The notes under the pieces are model-generated. The model saw only the letters and a program-made list of their open reading frames with translations. It was not told the origin of the DNA and did no database searches. DNA of 64,000 nucleotides. Source: Azolla caroliniana (taxonomy: Eukaryota; Plantae; Polypodiophyta). Each line of letters starts with the position of its first letter. The first letter of the stretch is position 1. Made by a program: the position numbers and the translations under genes. Where the stretch lies: assembly GCA_043228905.1 (NCBI GenBank), contig JBHGNT010000012.1, forward strand, positions 9,114,001 through 9,178,000, written 5' to 3'. Shown piece by piece: positions 39,326 through 53,300 of this stretch.

Positions 39326-42300
39326 TTATTCTTCCGTTTGAATAAACGGGTTTACCGGCATATCTCCCAAATACGGTTTAAGCCGGAATCCATTTACCCA
39401 TTTCGGTAAAACCTCTCTGGTTAATGATCCCAGCTGATACGTACCATTTTTACTATTAATTATCCATACTGGACCTGTCCATCTATACCGGAGTTTCCCA
39501 GGCATAAGTCCCATTTTCGTCTGGAATACCAATACCGGTTTCCCAATTTCGAATTGCTCTTCCGATTTCCTTCAATGTCGATTTACGAATGCCTTGATTT
39601 GTCTCTGCTTGTGTTCTAGTGCTGACATTGATTGAATCTGTTCTTCTTCTAATACTAATAAAGCCTCTTTGCGTATCTGCTCCGATTCTATTTAATTTAA
39701 CTTATTCGTCGCTTGGATACGAAGTGTCGGAATTTGAAATTCGATCGGTATAACAGCTTCAAGTCCGAATGCCATTCGGAAAGGTGTTGATTTAATGGAT
39801 GTTTTGTACGAAGTACGATATGCCCATAATGCACTATTTAACTTTTGATCCCAATCAGTACGATTTTCATTCACTATCTTCTTTAAAATTGTTTGAATTG
39901 TTTTATTTGTCGATTCTGCCAATCCATTAGCTTGGGGATAGTAAGACGTACTTTTCTTATGAACTACGGCATAATAATTAGTTAATTCGTGAATTAACTT
40001 GTTAATAAAATGAGTGCCTTGATCGCTTACCAATTCTATTGGGCAACCGAATCGACACCATATATTTTCATACAGGAATTTTGCTGTGGATGCTGCTGTA
40101 TTGTCTCTGAGAGCTTTTGCTTCAACCCATTTTGTGCAATAGTCAGTCGCAATTTTGATATATCGATTACCGGTTCTTGCAGCTGCTGGTTTGAATGGGC
40201 CAACAAAATCTAAGCCCCATTTCTGAAATGGCTCAAGAGGTAAAACCGGTTGAAAAGGCATTCGATCCTTTTCGGTCGGTTGCCCCATTCTTTGACACAA
40301 ATCGCATTTCTTACAGTATTCGTTAGCATCTTTCATCACCGTTGGCCACCATAACCCGCTATTCCATATTTTTCTGGCTGTTGCTTCTCCTGCGTAATGA
40401 CCGCCAGCAATTCCACAATGTGACTCTGTTAATATGGCTAATTTTTCAAATTTTCGTACTGCCCTTCGCCATATTCCATCCGCTCCTTTATGATACAACA
40501 TGTCATTAAATAAACAAAAATTTCGACTTCGTACTGCAATTCTTTTTCTTTCATCTGTCGACATGTGTTCGGCCGGAATTCCTGTTGATAGAAATATCGT
40601 CATTTCGGAAATCCAATCATCCTCTTTTTCCTCATTCATTTCTTGTGCTTTTACTGTCTCAACCCGAAATAATTGAGTATCTGGAAAATCATCTTTAACA
40701 CCAACCGCTTCTTCTCCAGATTCAAGCCGACTGAGATAGTCAGCAATCGCGTGCTGTGCTCCTGGTCGATGTATAATGTCGAATTCAAACTCTTGAAGCA
40801 ATAACGTCCATCTGGCTAACTTGCCTGTCAATTCTTGTTTGGAAACTAGATACAGTAGAGCCGAATGATCCACATGAAATGTAAATTTCTTACCCAAAAG
40901 GTAATGTCGAAATTTGTTCACACTATATATCATTCCCAAAGCTTCTCTTTCGGTTGTTGAATAGTTTCTTTCGGCCGACGAAAGTTTCCTACTGGCATAG
41001 TATACCGGCCTATACCAGTTTGGTTCGGATAATTGCATTAAAGCACTGCCTATGGCAATGTCCGACGCATCGACGAAAACATGAAATGGTTTGTTCCAGT
41101 CCGGTGGTTGGACTACCGGAACCTTTGTCAGCATCTTCTTGAGATATTCGTATGCATCTAGTTCTATACTTGTCCATATAAAAGGAACTTTGTGTACTGC
41201 TGTGTGTAACGGAATAGCAATGTTTGCTAGATATCTCATCATTCTACTGTGCCACCGAATTTGACCCAAAAATCTACTTAGAGCTTTAGCATTTGTCGGT
41301 GGTGTTGCCTCAATAATTGCTTTAACTTTGTCTGGGTCCACTGCAATCCCTTCTTGACTTAAAATATGCCCAAGTAACGTACCACTCATTACTCCGAATG
41401 CGCATTTGGCTGGATTTAAGCTAAGACGCCCTTTTCGACATTTTTCTAAACATAGCCGTAAATGCTCAAAATGATCAGCTTTCCGACTATATACCGCAAA
41501 ATCATCTAAAAACACCTGCATGAAAGCTGGAATATATTCCCCGAATATTTCCTGTATTACCCGCTGAAATGTAGCTGGAGCTGTTTTTAAACCGAACATC
41601 ATTACTACTGCCACAAAGACACCCCATTCTGTGACAAAAGCTGTCTTTTCCTGATCTTCCGGATTCATCCGTACTTGGTTGTACCCACTGAACCCATCCA
41701 CGAAACTATAAATTTCATGTCCAGCTACTGCATCTAATATCCCATCTGTGAATGGCAACGGAAACGCATCCGTAATTGTCGCTGCATTCAATTTTCTGTA
41801 ATCCACACATACGCGAATTTTCCCATTCTTTTTCGGGACTACTACTATCGGACTCAGCCATGTTGATTTTTTGACGGGTTGAATAAATCCTACTTTTAAG
41901 AGTTTATCGATTTCTTCTTTTACTTTGATAGCATAATTCGGATTCAACCTGTACCTGCGTTGTTGTACTGGCTTTGCATCTTTATGCAAATTGATTTGAT
42001 GTTGACAAAAAGCGGGATCCAGACCTTTCATATCGTCAAACGACCATGCAAAAACGTCTTTATATTGTAATAGTAATGTTGTTAATGTCCGTTTGGCATT
42101 TTCCGCCAAATCTCTAGCAATCAAGACTGTTTTTCTTTCACCATCCTCTACTCCTGCCAAATCGATCTCCTCTAATGCTGAGGCTTGCACTCTCTGAGAT
42201 ACCTTCATTTCTTTATCTGTAGCTTCTTGTTGCATTCGTATTTCTTTCATTGTTTGCTCATCTATTGGCACTTCTTCGTGTGAGTCTACATATGGTGTTA

Positions 42301-44840
42301 ATGCTTGCAAAATATCTACCTCAAATAGAGGGATGATTTTCTGATTATCATTAAAATACTGACTTTCTTCTTCCTCGTCCAATCCTTCCATCATATTAAC
42401 TGCTTCTGCATGTACAGGTAAACTCTGTTTGCTTGTTGTCACTTTGTTGTGCGTCGGAATCCTGACCTTAGTTTTTCCTTTCCTAAATGTTAGCACATTT
42501 TGTTTCCAATTTTGTTTGATATTAGTTGTCTTTAACCATGGTCTCCCCAATAACAAGGGGTATGCTCCCTGTGTTTCTAACTGCAAAATTACTGCCGAAA
42601 TCTGAAAACTGTGTCCCCCGATTATTACATCCAGTTGTCGAAGCAAATCAATCGGTCGTACCGTACTTGTATCTGCCATTCGTAACCAAAACGGACATGC
42701 TTCCCATTCCGTGATTCCTAGTTTTTCACATGTAGCTTTGTTAATCACATTAACTCCCGAGCCTCCATCTATAATCAAATTTCTGATTTCTTGCCCGTAA
42801 AGTATTACCTTAATCGACGGATTCTGTTCATCCATGATCGAAGGGTTATTACTTGGCTGATTGTAGTGTACTGCTATTTGTTCGGAACCTTTATATGCAA
42901 TTAATGCTGCCACTTTTTCTGTAAACCTTGGTACTAACTTAAGTAAGCCCGTAAGTGGCAATGACACTTGGCAATCAGCCAACAGTTTCCAAGTTTCTTC
43001 CTGTTCCTTATTCCCCAATGACTGTTGTACAGCGATGTTCTGGTCAATGTTATTGTCTTGTAACATTCGATTCACATTACTTTGATTTGCTTCGTCAACC
43101 CATTCTTTTGCCGCCTTCCGAACTTCTTCCTGAATTTCCCACTCTGATTGTTTGCTTTTGCTGCGTGTCGTTACTTGCTGAACTTCCGGTATTACCATAT
43201 TAACTGCTGGACCCTTTCCTTTAACCGGACATTGATTAGCATAATGGCCGAGTTGTCGACAAATATAACAAGTGGGTACAAATGTTCCACCGGTCTCTCC
43301 ATGTGCAAATTGGCCGTTATTAAATTGATGCTCTTCATTACCACTCGGGTTTTGTTGGAATTGACGTGTAGCTTTTGGTTTGTAAAATTTCTTATTTTTA
43401 TACCGATTCTGCCTAAATTGTTCGGTATTATCATTTGGTTGTGCTACATTTTGTGTTATCCCGAACTCCTGATTTGGCGGAAAATTATTCTGTTGAAACA
43501 TTTGATTATTTTGTGGAACGGTTTGAGTATTATGTTGAAAGGTCATATTACCCGGTTGAAATGCCGGATTCGGTTGAAATGCAGAATTCGGTTGCACATT
43601 CGGACAGTTCAGTTGAAACCCTTGAAATGGTGGGTTACCTTGTTGGAAACTTTGATTATTTTGTTGAAAATATTGATTCGGATTCTGTACGAATGGTGGG
43701 TTGGATTGAGCAAAACCTGGTTGAAATGCTTGAGTCACTTGAGTGGGTTGCATATTTTGTTGTGAAAAGAACTGATTTGGCTGTAGAACCGTATTTTGTT
43801 GAAAAGTTGGATTTTGTTGTACATTTTGCTGATTTTGTGAAAAATTATTATTTTGATAACCATTGAACAGATTAGTGTTATTTTGGTAACCATTGTCAGT
43901 AAAAATTTGTCGTACTCACGCCGTAGTTTTATTAAGCAGATTATATTCACATTGTTCTACTGAATGTAATTTTGAATGACATATTGTACAATGTGTTCTT
44001 AACGTACATTCAATTGCCGAATGCCCCGTATTTAAACAAGTGGTGCATTGAACTGCTTGACGAAATTGTAACTCCTCTATTGTTGGTAATGTACGTTGTA
44101 ATGCCGACATGTCCATACTCTGAACATTGACCGGTGGTCGACCCATTTCTATTGCTTTATCAGTTACTTGTTCGATAGTCTGATTTCGAAAATCGAACAC
44201 TTTCAATGTCGTCCTTAATGGTTCTTTTACAGCTTCTAGAAAGACTTCTTTTAATTCATTATCCGGAATCGGCCTTGAAATCTGAAGCTGTAAGTTCTGA
44301 AATCGTATCACAAACTGAGATACTGTTTCATTTTTTTCTTGATATAACGCATAAAATTGCGCAATCAAATCCTTCTGCGGAATTTGTTGATGAAATAATT
44401 GTAAAAATTAACTATTTAACACTTCAAAGGATGGAAATCCTTGAAGACCATTCTGCGCAAACCAATTGGCGGAATATCCGTCTAATGATAAGACGAACTC
44501 AGCGATTTTTGACTTATCTTCGGCATCTGCCGACAATCGCTGAGCTCCATGGTTAATCTCCCATGTCGTTAAGAAATCCCTAACATGTGCTTCCGAATCT
44601 GTTCCTTCCCGGAACTTAGAATAAGTATAAGGCATATCGTCCCAAATGTCGTAAAACGATACCTCTTCCGTCTGTTTTTCGTCTGAAGGTAATTGATCGG
44701 ATAAGTCAGGAAGTTTCGACCACTTTGTGCTTGATTCCGGCTATTCTTGCGCAATGAACGCTTCCTGCACTGCCTTCGTAACTGACCTTGTACGAAGGCG
44801 CTTACAACCGACCGGTGTCTCCTCTTCATACGACATCCAT
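39326..44840 (-). pseudogene. F gag-pol (main open segment 39692..43753)
   Basis: Gag pieces 43916..44635, a Q/N-rich tract, CYICRQLGHYANQC, PR, RT (FLDDF), RH and IN. Confidence 0.94.
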
Positions 44841-44940
44841 TCGATTTGTTCTCTGCTTAATTGCAGATGTAACCGGGCGTGCCAAATTTCTTCTGTGTTA
44901 ATCGGCTAATTACTAACTACTACCGATACAGAAGAGTGAA

Positions 44941-46772
44941 CATATCCTCGGCCCCCACTTCCTCACGTAACTGGCATAAAGAGATGGTCGATAACTTATG
45001 GGATCTAGTATCAAATGTCGGAGAGTTGAGGGATGCGAGCTTTGTTCTCTCTTCGTGGGTCTCCTCAATTGTCCTTTTCATCTAATCAATCTTCGGGTTA
45101 TGGAGTTCAAACCAAGGGAGATCTAGAACTATTTGGTGTTCCGTACTGCGAATAATGTTGAAAGAGATTATGCTCACCAAATTGCCAAGAACTATACGAA
45201 TTGGCTTAGACTCCTCGACTATATCACATTATGCTATGAGACGGCCATCAATGACTCCTACGGCTACTGGGTTCGGTAGCTTATAGGATTTTCTGTGACA
45301 ATGCAAATTCACGATCCATGAAACAAGAGTTGGCTCCAGAAACTAGGCGGGCAAAGGCTAGGACCTGATGACATATAGTTGTGGTAAGCTCAACTTGTGT
45401 AGGAAAAGCTCACATCGTACCTCGAAAGGATTTGAACCCACAACCTTGTTGTACACATGTCAAATCCTTAACCATTCTATTAATATTCTTATGAGAAGTC
45501 TTTGTATTTCTCTGGTAATTTAATGTCCCCTTCTTGTAAGGTGGATGATGGAGTTGCTACTATTGCAAATATGAATATATTCTCGGCCCCCACTTCCTCA
45601 TGTAACTGGCGTAAAGAGATGGTCGATAACTTATGGGATCTAGTATCAAATGTCGGAGAGTTGAGGGATGGGAGCTTTGTTCTCTCTTCATGGGTCTCCT
45701 CAATTGTCCTTTTTATCAAATCAATCTTCGGGTTATGGAGTTCAAACCAAGGGAGACCTAGAACTATTTGGTGTTCCGTCCTGCGAATAATGTTGAAAGA
45801 GATTATGCTCGCCAAATCACCAAGAACTATACGAATTGGCTTAGACTCCTCGACTATATCACTTGATGCTATGAGACGGCCATCAATGACTCCTACGGTT
45901 ACTGGGTTCGGGAGCTTATTCAAAAGGATGTTTTATGACAATGGAAATTCACGATCCATGAAACAAGAGTTGGCTCCAGAATCTAGGAGGGCAAAGGCTA
46001 GGACCTGATGACATGTAGTTGTGGTAAGCTGAACTTGTGCAGAAAAAACTCACATCGTACCTCAAAAGGATTTGAACTCATGACCTTGTTGTACACATGT
46101 CAAATCCTTAACCATTCTATTAATATTCTTATGAGAACTCTTTGTATTTCTCTAGTAGTTTAATGTTCCCTTCTTGTAAGGTGGATGATGGAGTTGCTAC
46201 TATTGGAAATACGAACATATCCTCGGCCCCCACTTCCTCTAGTAACTAGCGTAAAGAGATGGTCGATAACTTATGGGATCTAGTATCAAATGTCAGAGAG
46301 TTGAGGGATGCGAGCTTTGTTCTCTCTTCGTGGGTCTCCTCAATTGTCCTTTTCATCCAATCAATCCTCGGGTTATGGAGTTCAAACCAAGGGAGACCTA
46401 GAACTATTTGGTGTTCCATACTACGAATAATGTTGAAAGAGATTATGCTCGCCAAATCGCCAAGAACTATACGAATTGGCTCAGACTCCTTGACTATATC
46501 ACCTGATGCTATGAGACGGCCATCAATGACTTCTACGGCTACTGGGTTCGGGAGCTTATTCAAAAGGATTTTTTGTGACAATGCAAATTCACGATCCATG
46601 AAACAAGAGTTAGCTCTTGAATCTAGGAGGGCAAAGGCTAGGACCTAATGACATGTAGTTGTGGTAAGCTCAACTTGTGCAGAAAAAGCTCACATTGTAC
46701 GTCGAAAAAATTTGAACCCACGACCTTGTTGTACACATGTCAAATCCTTAACCATTCGATTAATATTCTTAT
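44941..46772. repeat. Tandem array of 640-bp chimeric units (antisense chromoviral protease plus ~90 bp of sense LTR)
   Basis: Unit starts at 45493 and 46133; partial unit from 44941. Confidence 0.9.
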
Positions 46773-47050
46773 ATGTATAATTTTTAGAGTATATAATCTA
46801 ATATCATAGGAATATTCTATATTACTCTACATTCTAGAATAACCTAGAATATTCTAGAGTGTTCCATACACTAGAACCTTCTAGATTACTCTAGAAACCA
46901 GGATGAGCTAGAATGTTGTAGAGTGTTCTCTATTACTTATAAATAGGGATCTATCAATCATCCCAAACCTAAATTGGTTCAACGCCATTTTATAGCACTC
47001 TATTACCTTAGTACTCATTGTAATCCATTTTACTCTGCAATACAATATTT

Positions 47051-47097
<47 letters not shown>

Positions 47098-49233
47098 TCT
47101 TGACAATTTGAACCAATCGTTTTCATTTCTTCCTCTTCCACAAACCCTAACAAGGTCTCGTCTTCCTTCTCCTCTCCCCTCGTAAGCTATGGAGTCTGTG
47201 AGCAAATAGGAGTATATGTGTGTTCTTTCTGAGATCGACATGCTCACGAATAAATTTGTGGCATTAGAGCATGAAAATCAAAAGCTACTTGGAGACCGAC
47301 AACATGTGAGCGCCGAAGAAGCTAAACAGTATGAAGAATTATCACAACGGGTTCACCAACTTGTGGCAACTATATTATCATTACGAGAACAAGTGTCAAG
47401 GGCTCAGAACTCCCCGAAAGAACCAAAGATTAGCCTCCCGCCAAGTTTGATGGTACAAGGTCTTTATTTCGAGGCTTTTTGAATCAAGTTCTTCTGGTTA
47501 GTCACCCACATCACAATCGGTATCCAGTTGACACTGCTCGTGTGGGATTAGTGGGAACTTTGTTATGCGGTACGACGTTAGCATGGTTCGCTCCACTTCT
47601 CGAGAAGAAATTGTCGTTACTGGAGGATTTCAAGGCATTTGTTAAGGAATTTCAAGCTACTTTCGGAGACACCGACGACACTAGGACAACAATAAACAAG
47701 ATTCGAAGGCTCCGACAAGGAGATTGTCCCGCGTCGGCTTACATAGTTAATTTTCGTCTCTTAGCATGAAATATCCCTTGGGATGAGGCGTCCTTAATGG
47801 AACAATTCCATCAAGTTTTGCGAAATGATGTCAAAGATCTTCTTCTTACTTTCTCTGAAGATCCGGAGTCGCTTACAAACGCCATTAATTGAGCCGTGGG
47901 ATGTGATAATTGCCTATTTGAGCGACATTCTGAACACCAACAAATGTTACGCCGCCAACTAGAACAAACTCACGCTTCCGTAGTTGCAACACCTCCACAA
48001 GTTTCTAGACCCATTACAAGGGATGGCCCAACTCCGATGGAAATAGAGTCAATACAATGTCGTGGTCCTTTATCAGATGTTGAGAAGCAACGTCATCGAG
48101 CGCATCGCCTATGCCTATATTGAGACAGTCCAGGACATATAGTTCTAAATTGTACACATATACCAAGTAAGTGCCCATGACAACCCTACTTCGAGTTCCA
48201 TTGTTACTTCCAATAACATAAGTAAGCCTCATAGTCCATGCCATGAAAAAAGATTCGATGTCTTGAGCCAATTAGAGGATGTGTTAAACGAGTAAGTCCA
48301 GCCAAAATAGGCGCCATTTGCTTGGTCCATCCTAGCTGAGTTAGTTCCCAGTCATGGTTCCATTTTATCAAATCAAGTGAGTCGAGTTTTTTCTGCACAA
48401 GTCAAGCTTACCACAACTACATGTCATTGAGTCCTAGCCTTGCCCTCCTAGATTCTGGAGCCAACTCTTGATTCATGGATCGTGAATATGCCTTGTCACA
48501 AAACATCCTCTTGAATAAGCTCCCACACCCAGTAGCCATTGGAATCATTGATGGCCGTCCCATAGCATCAGGAGATATAGTCGAGGAGTCCGAGCCAATT
48601 CGGATAGTTCTTGGCGATTTGGCGAGCATAATCTCTTTCAACATTTTCCGCAGTCCGGAACACTCAATAGTGCTAGGTCTCCCTTCATTTGAACTCCATA
48701 ACCTGAAGATTGATTGGATGAAAAGAACAAATGAGGAGACCTGGGAAAAAGCACAAACCCCGCATCCCTCTCTCTGACATGTGATACTAGATCCCCTCAA
48801 TTATCGACCATCTCGATACGACAGTTGCGTGAGAAAGGGGGGAACGAGGCCATGTTCGTCTTCGCAATAGTAGCAACTCGATCATTCACTTTACATGAAG
48901 CAGACATTAAACTACCAGAGAAATACAAAGAGTTCTTAGATGTCTTTAATAAGGTGAAGGCCAATACATTGCCGGAGCATCGGCCTACGACTGCCCTATT
49001 GACTTACAACCAGGGAAAGAACCTCCATGGGGCGCAATTTATAATATCTCCCCTATAGAGCTAGAGACTTTGCGGGAATGTATTGATGAGAATCTGGCAA
49101 ACGGATTCATTCTACATTCTAGATCCCCTACGGGTGCACCTATCTTCTTCGTCAAGAAAAAGAATGGGACTCTTCAGTTGGTTGTGCATTATCGAGGGCT
49201 AAACAAAGTGACTATCCGGAATAGATATGCTCT
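46691..49233 (+). mobile_element. Chromovirus 5' half in plus orientation (LTR to 47142, gag, protease, RT start)
   Basis: Gag 47216..48123, LDSGA protease ~48400..48777, RT start ending abruptly at IRNRYAL. Confidence 0.85.
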
Positions 49234-49612
49234 AAACACGTTCGTATTCACAAGTGGAAGGATTGCGCATTCCACTTGTAGAATCTTCTTGAAACTATCC
49301 AAATATACCCTCTCTACAAAAATTGGATGCACTAGTATCACATGTTCCACAACTTGATTAGAATTTGCAAATATAAAAATACATGATAGGTCTACGAGTG
49401 GAGATCATTAGAAATCATGCAAGTTTGGAAGTGTTGATAAGTTAATGTCGGCATAATAAAGTTCAACAATGGCTCAATATGTCACTAATGTGTGACATAC
49501 GAAACACTAAGTTAAAGACTTATATTAATTTGGTAAGTTTTACAAAAATATGAGGTGTACTTGTATCCATACTAATAAAATGAGCTATAATTTATACTTT
49601 GACCCATACATG

Positions 49613-49889
49613 CATGTATATAATTGTGGACAATGTAGGATAGTGCACTTTAGGATAATGTGATTGGAATAACTAACTTATTAAAGTATTCAATACTTGT
49701 ATTTAAAGTTGATCTAATCTATTCCTTAGTTTGTTCGTATGGGATCAAACCATATGTATATAATTGTGGACAATGTAAGCCAGTCAACTTTAAGATAATG
49801 TGGTGGAAATAACAAACCTATTAAGGCTTTCATACCTGTATTTAAAATTGATCTACTCTATTGCTTAGGTGATTCCCACAGGATCAAAC
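49613..49889. repeat. Diverged ~138-bp tandem duplication
   Basis: tgtatataattgtggacaatgta...ggatcaaac occurs twice. Confidence 0.8.
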
Positions 49890-50315
49890 TCCGAACGATA
49901 ATGCAAGTGGAACTACCAGCGTATAAAAACATGCGAATAACGCTACTGGAACCATTATCAACACACTACACAATCTAAGCAGCAATGGGATAGAAACATA
50001 ATAGTTTTAACAATAGAAGACAAAGATCCATGAACATGGACAGTCATGGCAACAATTGTACGATCATGTTATATTAAGGTTAGCTTGGACCAAAATCAGC
50101 CTCAATTTAAATTAATTCATGTTTCTCCATAAATTTGGTAGTCAGCTATGCACACAGTGAAACCAATGTCATAAGTCTACTGACCAAGTATATAAAAATA
50201 AAATTGAAACATATAGAAGATTATAAAGAATAGAATCCACCAAGTAAAACCCAAAATTTGTATTAATAATGTGAAATCCAAACAAATTGTCAGTGTCATT
50301 TTCTTCATAGAGTCT

Positions 50316-53300
50316 TGTAGAAAGTAGCGTGCGGAAGTAGGTATGAAGACCGAACAGAAGGAAGGAAACTTAGGTTCAATGGAGAGCTTGGGCTTACACG
50401 GTATACGCGGGAGAGACAGAGAGAGAGAGAATGCAGAAAACTATATTCAATAATAATACTCAGTCTGTACATAAGACGTGCTCAGTGAACACTTTTATAC
50501 AAGTCCTAGAAGGACTGACAGAAGTACTGACAGTACTTCAATGGTCATCAAGAGCTCCTACACTAACTCCCAAATATATTCCTCATGGAATATCTTTCCT
50601 AACGACTTCCCGGTTTACGCACTCGGCCTAACCGATCGGTCCCAACCGATCCGGTCCTCGACTTCTTTAGCCGATCTGGCTGATGTTGAGCTTGTCTCTC
50701 AACACTCCCCCTCAAGCTCAACTTGAGGCTCTTCGGGATCTTCACAGCGCCAGTTCCTCCTGGCTTCTCGCCTCGCTCGCGCTCCTCGACCTGTTCGACT
50801 ACGCGCACTTCGACCCTTCCGGTCCGCTTGTCTGCTCATGCGGCCATTATCAGCTCTTCTGCTATTGCGGTGTTGACGCTTCTCTTGCTGCCTTTCCTTC
50901 CGCTTGGGCCTCGGTTGATTCAGCGTATCTGAATTAAACATCCGAACCGACTCGACTACCTCCGATCGGTTTTCGCTCTCGTCCGAGTTGGCTGTCTCCA
51001 ACTCGTCTTCGGTCTTCTCGCCCTCGATGGCGTCGTCTCCCCTATGCGTGGTTGGCTTTGGCTCTCTCCTTCGGCTGCTCCCCTTCTGTCTGCTTCCGAT
51101 CTTTTCCGCGGGTCCGCCCTCGGCTTCTTCAGCCGATCCGAAGTGGAACTCGACAACCGAGTCAACAACCGAGTCAACCGACTCGGTGTCATGGTCTCCG
51201 CTCCTTTCCTGCTGCCTTGCTTGGTCATTCGGGACTGGTTTCCCCCTCAAGTTTGGCACGTCGAGGTGATGCAATACGAGCACACCGGAGAATTGCCGCA
51301 ACTTGTCCAGACCAAGGGGCTTAGTGAAGATGTCGGCAGTCTGCCGATCCGTCAGAACGTACTGAAGTTCGACTTCACCAGAAAGGACACGCTCACGGAC
51401 GAAATGATAGTGCACCTCAATGTGCTTGGTCCGTGCATGGAAGATGGGGTTCTTCGCGAGTTGGATGCTGCTGAGGTTGTCGCAGTAGATCATCGTCGGA
51501 TCTGACACTTCCTCTTGCAGGTCCTTAAGTAGCCGCTTCAACCATATGGCTTCGCATGTCGCGACAACCGCTCCTCGGTACTCAGCTTCGGTGCTCGACA
51601 GTGCAACTATCGGCTGCTTCTTACTACTCCACGCTATCGCGGCACTCCCGAGGGAGAACGCTTATCCAGACGTGGATCGGCGATTGGCGGCTTTCCCAGC
51701 CCAATCAGCATCGGTGTAGCCGACTAACTGCAGGGCTGCACCGGTCCGATATAGCAGTCCGCGGTCCTTAGTGCCGTTGACATACCGAAGTATGCGTTAT
51801 GGACACTGAAGGTGCTCCTTGGTAGGTCGCGCCATGAACTGACTGATCACCCAGACCAGGTAACTGAGGTCAGGTTGGGTGATGGTCAAGTATATGAGGC
51901 TTCCGACAATTTGTCGGAACCTCGTCGGGTCGCATACCTTTCCCGTATCGGGACGAAGCTTGACGGTTCTGTCCAGAGGAGTCGAGACGGACTTAGAGTC
52001 GGCCATCCCGAGCTTGAAGAGCATGCTCAGCACGTAATGACGTTGGCTGATCAATATGCCTTCGGGGGTACGGATCACTTCGATCCCGAGGAAGTAATGA
52101 AGGTCCCCCAGATCCTTCATGTCGATCGATGCCGCAAGCTGGAGCTTCACGCGGTCGATTTCACCGAGGTCGGTGCCGGTGATGACCAAGTCATCAACAT
52201 ATAGTAAAATACTAACCGGTCCGAGTCGACCTTTTCGGATGAACAGGGAAGAGTCCGATTTTGTCGTGACAAAGCCCATCCGACGCAGTTGTTGCGTGAT
52301 CTTCGCGTTCCAGGCACCGGGGCTTGCTTCAGTCCGGAAAGGGACTTCTTCAGTCGGCATACTGCCGAGGAGTTCGTTCTGGAGTGAAATCCGGGGGGTT
52401 GTACCATGTACACCTATTCCTCAAGGTCACCTTGCAGGAACATATTCTTTACATCCATCTGATGTAAGTGCCACCCCCTCGCCGCAGCTACTGTGAGCAA
52501 AACACGGACGATCGTCATTTTCGCGACCGGTGCAAACGTCTCATCGTAGTCGATGCCGTGTTTCTGCGCGTAGCCCTTTGCCACTAGCCGAGCCTTGTAC
52601 CGGTTGACCGAGCCATCGGTGTTGTACTTGACTTTGTACACCCATCTACACCCGATTGGCTTCACACCCTTCGGTGCGTCAACCAGGTCCCAGGTCTCGT
52701 TCTCCGCCAATGCGCGCATCTCTTCCTCCATCGCGGCACGCCAATTCGCGTCTTTAGCCGCTTCTGCGTAACGCTCCGGCTCACGCACTTCAGCTACACG
52801 GGTCATGTACGCATAATGATGCGCCATGTACTCGTTGTATCCGAACCGTACAACCGGGTTCTTTTGGCGGGTAGATCGGCGTAATCTCACATTAGCCGAT
52901 GTTCAGGCCTTCTCGGTCGACGCGGTCTTCACCTTTAAAGACCCGTCACCGGTTCCCTCGGAGTCGGACTCGCGTCGGTTTGACTCGTTCCTATCCGTGG
53001 CAGAATCCGACACCTTCTTCTTCCCTTTCTCTTTCCGCATAAGCCGTCTCCTCGGCTTCCTGCGCGGGGGAATGCACGACCGAGTCTCCACTACTTGCCG
53101 GCTTTTCATCGGACTGGTCGTACCGACTCAGTCGTCCAACTGGTCCACTGAACTGGAGTGAAATTGGACTCTCTTCACGGGTCTCGATTTCGGGCTCATC
53201 CGGAGGCATCTCGGCCTCGCTGACCTCATCATCGGAACTCGTATTGGAGTCAGGGTTCCGAGTCGGGGGCAGGTACCAGGACGCGGACTCGTCAAACACA

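Larger units (their letters stand above)
26224..44941 (-). mobile_element. Element F: non-chromoviral gypsy with extra 3' ORF, hosting D. 3' LTR 26224..26679; 5' LTR truncated (44896..44941)
   Basis: The same 46-bp LTR start occurs at 26224 and 44896. PBS TGGCACGCCCGG at 44873..44884. 1353-aa gag-pol ORF. Confidence 0.92.

Noticed and set aside
47057-47094. (CT)n/(AG)n microsatellites
   Set aside because: Ordinary components of these LTRs.
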